Shown: piece after piece, positions 51,274 through 61,000 of the stretch
How positions within the stretch are numbered: the first letter of the stretch is position 1
Layout of the letters: each line of letters starts with the position of its first letter
DNA from: Candidatus Marinacidobacterales bacterium
GTDB lineage: Bacteria > Acidobacteriota > Vicinamibacteria > Marinacidobacterales > DATDRI01
NCBI GenBank assembly: GCA_965219415.1
Contig: CBDCNP010000002.1
Coordinates: 5,472,001-5,536,000, forward strand
Length of the DNA: 64,000 bases
Direction: 5' to 3'
The notes under the pieces: model-generated
Database searches by the model: none
What the model was told of the DNA's origin: nothing
Seen by the model: the letters and a program-made list of their open reading frames with translations, nothing else
Translations under genes and position numbers: made by a program

Positions 51274-51472
51274 ATCCGCACAACGCCCGCGTAGGGGTGC
51301 TTGCTCCGTTTACTGTTGCCGGCTCGTCTACGTCGTCGTGCGAGGACGGCAACTTATGCACAGTTTGGCGCAAGCTAAAGTCCGGTAACGTGAAAATCTG
51401 ATGTAACCTATTGTACTACAAAGTTCTTCTCCTCTCTCACAATAACAATTCGCTCGCGTCGCGAATGGGGGT

Positions 51473-52290
51473 TGTGCTCCGCAAAAAGTCGATCCAGCGG
51501 TACGCGATCTTCTTTTTTGCGGATCACATGTCGGCTTTCTGTCCTCGAGCCGATACCTCATTCACGACCGGGACTCGAAGTTTTGCGAGTCGTTCCACCG
51601 GACCATCGAGGCGGTTGGCGTCGCGCCCGTCAAGCTGCCCGCCACGGAGCCCGGATTTGAACTCGTTCGCGGAGCGCTGGGTGAAGTCAGTCAAAGAGGA
51701 ATGTCTCTCGAAGCTCATCCTGTTCGGCGAGAAGTCGCTCCGTCATGCGCTTAGGGAGTACGTCGTCTACCATCACCACGAGAGAATCATCAAGGCAAGG
51801 AGGAATCTGCTGCTGTTCCTAGCCAACGACCAGTTACCTCAGTCCGAGCGCAAGGTGCCGTCCCGTGAACGGCTTGGGTCTCCAGGGCGCGGTCCGTGGA
51901 CGTCGATTCAAGACGACGAAGCCGGATTCGAGCGGCGCTCGCCCGATGGACCTCGTGGAGCGCGACTTCAACGCCACACGCCCGAACGAGCTCTGGGTCT
52001 CGGACCTGACCTACATTGCCACGTGGCGCGGCTTCGTGTATGTCGCCTTCGTCATCGACGTCTTCGCTCGACTCATCGTCGGCTGGCGAGCGACGACATC
52101 GTTGACTGCCGGCATCGCTCTCGATGCGTTGGAGCAGGCGCTGCACGAGCGCCGACTAGACCCAGAACATCCATTGGTTGTGCCTTCTATTTATTCATCC
52201 GCGCGCACCGAACTTGATTAATCTCCGGTCTGCCAGCACCATGCCGACATGATTTCGTCGTTGGTTCCCGTCCTGTGCCAAAACTCGGCC
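51473..52290 (+). pseudogene. End E, integrase-core C-terminal fragment, IS3 orfB fragment, end F and inverted end B
   Basis: PPRSPDLNSFAERWVKSVKEECL; then GLQGAVRG..WVSDLTY..IVGW. Confidence 0.75.
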
Positions 52291-52465
52291 CAGCCGGCAT
52301 TGACGAAAGAACTGCGCCTCTTGAAATCAGGCTAAAACTCTAGCACGCGAACAGGTTACGCGGCGGCCGCCAACACTTGACTGCGGAAGCACCGTCTACA
52401 CCCATGATCAGATCCACGCCAAGCTACCATGGCTACGGCTTGTCTTCCGCGTCGTGTCTTAAAAG

Positions 52466-54940
52466 TTACCGTGCCGCACCCTCGGCCAAGCCTTCGAGAA
52501 ACTTGCGAGCGTCGCGAAAACGCGCTTTCAGTCGCGGGATCGGCGTCGAACCATACCCCTCATCGAGCCGGCGCTCCGCGACATCGAGCGCCGCGAGAAG
52601 CTCCGCGGCCGACCGACGCGCCGCGGAGGGGTCGGTGCTTCCCCGCTCGCCGATCCAGATCGGAGAGCTGTGGGCGAACGGGTAGCCGTTCATCCCCGGC
52701 CATTGCTCCTCGCCTCCATGAACACGGATCGCGATCCAGCCACCGGAAGGTATCGGCACGGTTCCAGAGTAGCGCTTTTCACCAGGTGTTTCGGGCCCGG
52801 CTTCGGCATGAACCACCTTGCCGTTCACGATGAGTTCGATCTTCTCGACGGGCATGGGCGTCGAAAGTCGCAAGCTCCAGGACCCCAAGCCGCCGTCACC
52901 GTCGATCACGTCGCCAGGCGCACTTTCGCCGACGCGAAAGTCCACGAGCGGACCGGTGCTGACGAAGCTTCGTCCCTGCTTGAGCGCGTGTAGGTAGCGC
53001 TCGAACGTCATCGGCTCATCGACCCGTACGTACACTCGCGTCGCGCCTACGGTCATGGTTCGGTAGTAGTCCGCCATGATGTCCGTGCCTGCGGAAGCAG
53101 CGACAGGAGCACCCACGTTGAGGAAGCGGTACCAGACGTCGTGGGTTCCCAGCTCGCTGATCCAGAGACATGCCAGCTCAAGGGTATCGAGATCGCCGAG
53201 AACCGCGTCCGGAATCAAGTTGATGGGAATCGCTCTCATCGCCTCCTCGTCATGGAACGGTTCGGAGCGCGAAACGGGATGCATGTAGCTGGTGACACCT
53301 CCCTGTTTTCGAGCGAAACGAAGCACGTCATGGTTGGGTCGATCGTCCTGTCCGTAGACCGGGTAGTCCGGGCCCCAGTACCAGGGCCAGTGGGGCTCTA
53401 CGATGCCGATGAGCCCGAGATGTCCGAGCAGGTGAGAGCGCACTTCCTGCCCGAAAGTCAGGAAGGGGAGCACTTCGATTCGGCGATACTCGAAGTGTTC
53501 GAGATCATTAAAGCGGTGGTGGAGATTCGCCATGAGCGGCGTCCCGACGTCGACGTCCTCGGCTTGGAGAGGAAGCAGGAGGTCCTCGGGCGCCAAGCGG
53601 TATGGCCCCCCGTAGTTCATATGGTAGTGGTGGTCTGCGGAGTACCAGCCGTCCTGGCGCGGTTCCCACAGAAACTCGAACGGTAAATCCACCGGTGCCA
53701 TCGAGCCCGGCTCGACCTGTACCGTCCGTGTGATGGTCTTTGCCGAAAAACCGTGGCTTGCCTCGATACGCACCTCGCCCGCCGGTACTTCGACGCTGAC
53801 GACGCCGGGCGAGTAGAAGTATACCTTGCCGTGTACACCATCGAAGTGAGGCATGCTCGAGCTGGCCGGAAGCGCGGGGTGACCGTTGGCGTCCGCGACA
53901 TGAAGGCGCGCCGGCAACGGGGACGCGCTTTCCGCACGCGTCGTTCGGATGACGACGCGCCCAGTGGGCACGCCCCAGTCCCACGACCGAATCGGAACTC
54001 GCTTCGCCTTCCCCCCCGTGGCCGGAACGGCGAATAGCTCGAACTCGAGCTCATCGTTCGCTTCCACGAAGTACACCGTTTTACCGTCGTGGCTGAACGC
54101 CGGGGAGATCGGAAGACCCGAGCGTGCGTTGAGACGAATGGCGTCATCGTCGTTCCAGTCGACGAGGTAGAGGTCGTAGCCGTCAGGGCTCGGCCAGTTC
54201 ACCGCAAGTGTCTTCCCGTCGGGGCTCAGGCCCGGGTGGGTCTGGGACATGATCGACTGTGTTCGGAGCGTGCGCTCCAAGCCTGTCTCTCGATTGGAGT
54301 AGACGAGCCGGTCCGGTCCCCCCCGACCCTTGGAGAGGAACACCAGTGACTGCCCATCTAGCGGCAGCGGGCGAATCTCGATGCCGCGATGGGACGTCAC
54401 CGGCATCCGCTCGGCGGTGGCGAGCTGAAACCGCCAAATATCGAGGGTCCCCGCTTGGCCGGAGCTGTAGTAGAGGAACTCTCCGTCGGACGAGTAGATC
54501 GGGTCGAGCTCGATCGCGTCCGTCTCCACGATCGGTTGCACGTCACCGGTCTCGATATCCAGAACCCAAATGTCCAGGTCCGAGCTGTCGTCGCGTAGAA
54601 ACGCGATGCGGCTGCCGTCCACCGACCACGTCGGGCGGGAATCCATCGCACCCCCTTTCGTGAGTCGACGGGCGGCCCCCGACTCAAGGTCGACGAGCCA
54701 CAACCATCCGCGCGACGCAATCGCGATGCTCTTTCCATCGGGCGACGGTGCCGGGTCGGTCGGCCCGGCAGCAAGGATCGGCAGCTCGAATCCCTCGAGG
54801 TAGACGTGGTGACGATAGCCCTCGATTTTGGGATAGCGGTTGGTCCATTGGGATCGTGCCCACGAAGGAGCGACGAGGAGCCCGACCGATAAGGCGAGCG
54901 CAACGAAAGTAGAGCCGGTAACGGAAGCGGCGGTTTTCAT
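52466..54940 (-). CDS. Exported TolB/PD40 beta-propeller fused to a CehA/McbA-type (PHP-like) metallohydrolase
   Basis: SPDG repeats; GWYSADHHYH, GQEVRS..GHL, YMHP, SAGTD, GRSFVSTGP. Confidence 0.82.
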   Translation of the reverse strand: MKTAASVTGSTFVALALSVGLLVAPSWARSQWTNRYPKIEGYRHHVYLEGFELPILAAGPTDPAPSPDGKSIAIASRGWLWLVDLESGAARRLTKGGAMDSRPTWSVDGSRIAFLRDDSSDLDIWVLDIETGDVQPIVETDAIELDPIYSSDGEFLYYSSGQAGTLDIWRFQLATAERMPVTSHRGIEIRPLPLDGQSLVFLSKGRGGPDRLVYSNRETGLERTLRTQSIMSQTHPGLSPDGKTLAVNWPSPDGYDLYLVDWNDDDAIRLNARSGLPISPAFSHDGKTVYFVEANDELEFELFAVPATGGKAKRVPIRSWDWGVPTGRVVIRTTRAESASPLPARLHVADANGHPALPASSSMPHFDGVHGKVYFYSPGVVSVEVPAGEVRIEASHGFSAKTITRTVQVEPGSMAPVDLPFEFLWEPRQDGWYSADHHYHMNYGGPYRLAPEDLLLPLQAEDVDVGTPLMANLHHRFNDLEHFEYRRIEVLPFLTFGQEVRSHLLGHLGLIGIVEPHWPWYWGPDYPVYGQDDRPNHDVLRFARKQGGVTSYMHPVSRSEPFHDEEAMRAIPINLIPDAVLGDLDTLELACLWISELGTHDVWYRFLNVGAPVAASAGTDIMADYYRTMTVGATRVYVRVDEPMTFERYLHALKQGRSFVSTGPLVDFRVGESAPGDVIDGDGGLGSWSLRLSTPMPVEKIELIVNGKVVHAEAGPETPGEKRYSGTVPIPSGGWIAIRVHGGEEQWPGMNGYPFAHSSPIWIGERGSTDPSAARRSAAELLAALDVAERRLDEGYGSTPIPRLKARFRDARKFLEGLAEGAAR

Positions 54941-55079
54941 GGTGACCTCGGGTCGACTCGCAACCGGGCGCAATCCCTATCAGCCGCGCGGGTGCGATTC
55001 TTGGGCGTGCATTATAATCCCTGTATGTCCAGGGACCGGACGTGTCGCATCAAGCAATATCCGCTCGAGTTGGAAGCCA

Positions 55080-55196
55080 TCGATCGGAAACATCCCACCG
55101 GTCGAGTACGAGATGAACTACTATCGATCCAAGGAAGGCTCGCTAGAGATGGCGAGACTCAACTAATACAGTCTCCGGAAAACCTGGGGCGGTTCA
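55080..55196 (+). repeat. IS3 right-end remnant, same element as 29020-29138
   Basis: IGNIPPVEYEMNYY..RLN and end GGGGCGGTTCA. Confidence 0.8.
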
Positions 55197-55230
55197 CCCT
55201 TTTCGTTTGTGATTTCTCCTTTGGGTTCCT

Positions 55231-56122
55231 GGATGTGTCCCGAGGTCCGTGGAAAAAGAACGGTGCCCTCCACTCCGTCATCAGAGTATCATATCAGGCG
55301 GCAACCTCCGCGTGTTCGAGAACCTCGCTCAGACGTTGGTAGCCGTCGATGCGTCGTAGTTGAATCTGGCCAGAGGCGATAAGCCCAAACAGCAAAGCGA
55401 CCGCAGACTCCTCGCTGGAGAACGACGCTTGGGTTTTCGTCCGGCGTCGAAACTCGCGGTTGAGATTCTCCAGAGCTTTGGTCGTTCGAAACGATTTCCA
55501 CATGGCACGAGGGAATTCGTAGAAGGTCAGCAGCTGATTACCGGCCTCCTCTAGGCTTCGGACGACGGCCGGCGCGAGAGGCGTCCACTTGGCGACGAGC
55601 TCGTCATAGGCTTTGCGAGCATCGAACCCGTTCTTGGCGTAGACGATCCGGTTGTAGTCACGCCGGAGCTCACGGCGTGCGTGCGCCGGGCAATGTTGGA
55701 GCAAGTTGGCGCGCTTGTGCTCGGTACATCGCTGCAACCGGCACCCCGGCCACTTCTCCAGCGCTTTCGTCAGCCCCTTGTGGCCGTCGCTGATCACTAG
55801 CTTGGGAGCCTGGAGTCCCTCCAGCACGGAGCCCCAATGCGTCGAGGCTTCGCTCACCGCCAGACGCAATGACAACAGACGTTTGTGCCCGTCTGGCGCG
55901 ACCCCGAGCGCGGCCAGTACGGGTACGCTGATCACACGTTTCGCCATCCGCACTTTCAGGTGGAAGCCGTCCAGGTAAACGATCGCGTAGACCTCCTCGC
56001 TGAGAGCACGGTTCTGCCATTCCTCGAAGCGCTCCTTCAGCCGGCTAACCACGCGAGACACCGCGCTCTTCGATAGGTGCTCCTCACCGAGCAGTGGTTT
56101 CAGCGCTTTGCGGATCCGGCGG
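55231..56122 (-). pseudogene. 5'-truncated IS256-family element (third type)
   Basis: LSKSAVSR, YLDG, ISDGHKGL, QRCTEH, ENLNREFRRRTK; cut by IS5. Confidence 0.85.
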
Positions 56123-57210
56123 TGCCTTGGTGCACAACTCCGATAGAGGCCGAGAGCTCGCTTGGCCCCGACTCCCATCATCCGATCATCTCGCTATCAG
56201 GCATCCCGAGCGCCGTCATGGTGTTGAGAATCTTGCACCCGATCCTTGCCTCACCTCTCTGTGCCGCCAACCCTCTCGCTCGCATCGCTGAGCCCACGAT
56301 AGCCTTGTAGCGATGGAACGTTGTCTCGACTTTGCTCCGTTTGCTGTAGCCCGATTCTGTGTGCCACTTTCGTTTGCCGAGCCGAGCTTGTGCTGCAATG
56401 TTTGCGATTGCGCTGTCGGCTGCTCGCCGGCCCCGATGCGAGCAGGGCGCCCTTGCGCGGCGGTATCAGCACCCTCGGCGAGCGATGAGCGCTGTGATTC
56501 TCGATTGCCTCATAGACGCCGCCGGCGTCGTATGCGGTGTCAGCTCTGGCCGATGAGATGGGACTGTCGATCTGTCCGACAAGCGATGCAACCCGCGATG
56601 AATCGCGGGCTCTTTTGCTCGTCAGCTCGCCGGCGACGACTTCGCCACTCTGCTCGTCGACACACAGATGGAGCTTGCGATAGTCCCTGCTCTTTTGTGC
56701 TCTGCGCAGCTGGCCGGCGTGGACAGCGAGACCGCTGCTGTCGAACAAGATGTGCAACGGCGTCTTCTGCTTGACTGGGTAGAAGGGGACCTTACCCAGC
56801 TTCGGCTTGCGCCTCGAGATCGTGGTGTGATCGGGCACATCACTGTCTAGCTTCATCAGAGCGAACAACGACCGCAGCAATCCCTCGCTCTGCCTAGATG
56901 ACAGATGAAACACCATGCCCAGGGTGACAGCCGTCTCGATGGCGTGGTTCGAGTACTTGCGTTGACGGCCCGGTTTCCTCCTCCTTGGCCGGGGCGCGTC
57001 CCAGTTCACAAGCTTGCCGGCGGTGAGCGAGATCCAGACGGTCAGGCTCCCGCGGTTGCGTAGACCCGCCTCATATTCACGCCAATTCCTCACGCGATAG
57101 GCCTTCTTCACATACTTCCGCTGAGTGCGTTTGAAAATGCTCATGGGGAACCTCGTATCCGCGAGTACAGGACAATTGTGGACCGAGATCGAGAGTTGTG
57201 CACCAAGGCA
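56123..57210 (-). mobile_element. IS5-family element, copy 4, with a 1-bp insertion frameshift near 56401
   Basis: Same TIR, 1088 bp. Confidence 0.9.
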
Positions 57211-57234
57211 GACTATTGGCGGGAAGGCGGAGGG

Positions 57235-57382
57235 TGTGCCTTCTATTTATTTATCCGCCAGCCCCATGGGTCGGAAGTCAGCCCTGCGGCGCGAAATACC
57301 CTGGATTCTGCGCGGATTCCAACGGCGTCTAAGCTGCTGATTTGTGGTCTATTTCAAAAGGGCCGAGTTTTGGCACAGGACG
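57235..57382. mobile_element. F-B MITE, copy 3
   Basis: Near-identical to 39170-39316. Confidence 0.8.
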
Positions 57383-57464
57383 GGGAACCCGAATAGTTGG
57401 CCGCAACGTCGCCCTCCCACGGCATTGGTGTCACCTCGTTCGAATAGACGAGGATCTCCACGAC

Positions 57465-57632
57465 CGCCTAGGGTCCAGAACAATAGGCCGGATATTCGGA
57501 AACAGTCGCATGAACGAGCCTCTCCACGTTCATAAGACGCCAGTGGCATCGTCGGGTCGACCGGTATGGAGTAGCCGATCGTGGCAGGTCTAAACCGCGC
57601 AATCAATGCCGGATCGACTTTTTGCGGAGTGT
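57465..57632 (-). repeat. End E long copy, inverted relative to 62848-63012
   Basis: CTCCGCAAAAAGTCGATCCGGC...TATTGTTCTGGAC shared. Confidence 0.75.
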
Positions 57633-57679
57633 GCAATTTTCGTCCGCCACAAATGTGCAATTTACAGCCGCCGCTAACA
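57630..57679 (-). repeat. IS21-type terminal remnant
   Basis: TGTTAGCGGCGG end with tandem AATTGCACA subrepeats 24 bp apart. Confidence 0.6.
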
Positions 57680-58018
57680 TCATCCATTTGAGCCGACACC
57701 CTGGGCATCAGCGGGGGAACCGTCCGGCGCAGCAGCAGGCTTCTGGTCAGGATCCATTGTCGTCCTCTTGGTCGTGACTCGGCCCAGGGCGCTCCGCGAT
57801 AGGCGGGCGTGCCACTGCTCCCGATGCTCCTAGGTGTGGTAAACAGGTACCATGGGGCGTTCCAGTCCTCCCGAGACGCGTGATTTCGCCTGGAAAAAGG
57901 GACGGGGCGAGCTTAGGACCGAGCGGGAGATTCAAGGCGTGCCTCTGCTCGTTCAGCTTGACTTGCAAAAGATCTTCGAGGAGGCCCAGAGTCCAGTGAT
58001 GCATCGGGAGGGTGAGAA

Positions 58019-61000
58019 TTGACTGACGGTTTCCAGAGAACGCTGGACCACATACGGTCCATCGCCGATTCCGAAGCTGAAAAGGGGCGCCTCTTCGAGC
58101 GGCTGATGAAGACGTACTTCGTCAAGGATCCCCTCTACAAGGAACGGTTCTCCAAAGTCTGGCTGTGGTCCGAATGGGCGAACCTGAAGCAGGGATTCGA
58201 TGGCGCCGATACCGGTATCGACCTGGTCGCCGAGGAGCGTGAGGGCGGTTACTGTGCCATTCAGTGCAAGTGCTACGCGCCTGGCACCCAGATTTCGAAG
58301 CCTCATCTCGATTCGTTCATCTCCGCATCGGCCCGTGACCCCTTCACCACCCGTATCGTGGTCGATACCGGCGACGGATGGGGGCCGAACGCGGTCAAGA
58401 CCATTACTCCACTGAAGCCCGCATGCACCGTGCTGCGGTTCGGCGATCTCGCGAGTCGGCCGTTCGACTGGCCAGACCTGATCCACGATGAACCGGAAGA
58501 CCTTTCCTTTAGGCACGAGCCGTTCAGCCTGCGCCCCCATCAGAAGCTCGCGTTCGACGACGTGACCGGCGGATTCAATGATCACGATCGCGGCAAGCTG
58601 ATCATGGCGTGCGGCACGGGCAAGACCTTTGCAGCGCTGCGCATAGCGGAAGCCGTTGCGGGTATCGGGGGGCGGGTGCTCTATCTGGTGCCGTCGATAT
58701 CGCTGTTCCAGCAATCGATGCGGGAATGGGCAACGCAACGGTCGATCCCGCATCGGTATATCGGGATCTGCTCCGATACACGCGCCGGACGAAACGACGA
58801 GGACGCGTCGCTCCAGGAGCTTGAAATCCCGGTCACCACGGACCCCAAGGCGATCTCCCAGGTACTCAGAGAAGCGCGGCCAGACGCGATGACGGTAGTC
58901 TATTGCACCTACCACTCGCTTGGCATCGTGGAAAATGCACAAGACGACGGAGCGCCGGCATTCGACATTGTTCTCTGTGACGAAGCGCACAGAACGACCG
59001 GCGTGGAGCGTCCCGGCGACAAGACGTCACCGTTCGTGCTCGTGCACGATGAGCAAAGAATTCGGGCTGCGAAGCGCCTCTACATGACCGCCACCCCGCG
59101 TCTCTATACGGAAGGCGCGAAGGCGAAAGCAGCAAGCCACGATGTCGAAGTGTTCTCCATGGACGATCCGGCGACCTATGGGCCGGAGCTTCACCGTCTT
59201 CCCTTTTCCAGGGCGGTCGAGCAGGACCTGTTATCCGACTACAAGGTTGTAGTCCTCGCCATGTCCGAGCAACACGTCGATTCCGCGTTGCAGGCGCATC
59301 TGGCGTCGGGCGACAGCGAGATCAACATCACCGACGCGGCGAAGATCGTCGGTTGCTGGCGCGCGTTGCAGAACCCGGAGAACAAGCGTCTCAGCGACGC
59401 ATCTATCCAGCACCTAACCCGCGCGATCGCGTTCACCAACACCATTGTTTCCTCGAAGCGGCTGGAAGCGCATTGGGACGGTATCGTCGGGCACGCCATC
59501 GATTTGTTGCACGAGGCGGAGCGGCCGGACGCGTTCCGCTGCAAAACGCGCCACGTCGATGGACAGCATCACGCGCTTGAGCGTAAGGCCCGTATCGAAT
59601 GGCTCAAGGCCGATTCCGAGGGAACCTGCCGCATTCTCTCGAACGCCCGGTGCCTATCCGAGGGCATCGACGTGCCGGCGCTCGACGCCGTGCTCTTCAT
59701 GAACCCGAAAAACTCGCAGGTCGACATCGTGCAGGCCGTCGGCCGCGTCATGCGTAAGGCCGAGGGCAAGCAGTACGGCTACATCGTGCTTCCGGTCGCC
59801 GTGCCGGCGGGCGTCGACCCGGCCGCGGCTCTCGACGACAACGAACGGTTCGCCGTGGTCTGGAGCGTCTTGCGGGCGCTGCGCTCGCACGATGACAGGT
59901 TCGATGCCGAGATCAACAAGATCGACCTCAATGACACGCCGACCGATCGGATCATCTTCAGCGGTGATGGGCTCGATGGACAGGGCACCCCCGAACTGCC
60001 CTTTCCGCCGCTCGACCTGCCACCCGGCGCGATATTCTCCAAGGTTGTCGAGAGATGCGGAGACCGGAAATACTGGGAGACCTGGGCCAGGGACGTTGCA
60101 GATATCTTCTCGCGGCTCGTCCACCGGATCGAGGCTCTTCTGGCCAGTCCCGATAACGAAACCCTGCGCGACTGGTTCGACGCTTTCCACGAGGAGCTCA
60201 AGGTCTCGATCAACGCCTCGATCAGCCGGGATAGCGCCATCGAAATGATGGCGCAGCATACCTTGACGCGGCCGGTCTTCGAGGCACTGTTCGAGCACTA
60301 CGATTTCGCCGCCGGCAACCCGGTGGCGCAGGCGCTGGACTCCCTGGGGCGGGATTTCGGAGAGTTCGGCCTCGAGAACGAAACCCGAGATCTGGAACGC
60401 TTCTACGAAAGCGTCCGCATGCGCGCCCGCGGCCTCGACAACAGCGAAGCGCGGCAGCACGTGCTGATGGAACTCTACGAAAAGTTCTTCTCCACGGCCC
60501 TCAAGAAGGACGCAGACCGTCTCGGCATCGTCTACACACCGGTAGAAGTCGTGGATTTCATCGTGAACAGCGCCGACCACGTGGTGCGCCAAGAGTTCGG
60601 CCGCAGCTTGAGCGACGAAGGCGTTCATCTCCTCGACCCGTTCACCGGCACCGGCATCTTCCTCGTCCGGCTGCTTCAGTCCGCGCTGATCCGTGATACC
60701 GATCTCAAGCGGAAATACCACGGAGAGCTTCACGCCAACGAGCTCGTCCTACTGGCCTATTACATTGCGGCCATTCACATCGAGGAAGCATTCCACGGCC
60801 GTCGCGGGCCAGACAGCGCTTATGCGCCCTTCGACGGCATCGTACTGACCGATACGTTCAATCTATACACGGATAGGACCGGCTTTCCGAAGGCATGGCT
60901 TCCGGACAACAGCGAGCGTGCGGAGCGCCAGCAGGATCTGCCGATCCAGGTCATCGTCGGCAATCCGCCGTGGTCGGCAGGCCAGAGGAGCTCGGCGGAC

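Noticed and set aside
57953-60733. Long antisense ORFs (345 and 359 aa; likewise 34053-35021, 24665-25681)
   Set aside because: Shadows of GC3-rich sense genes
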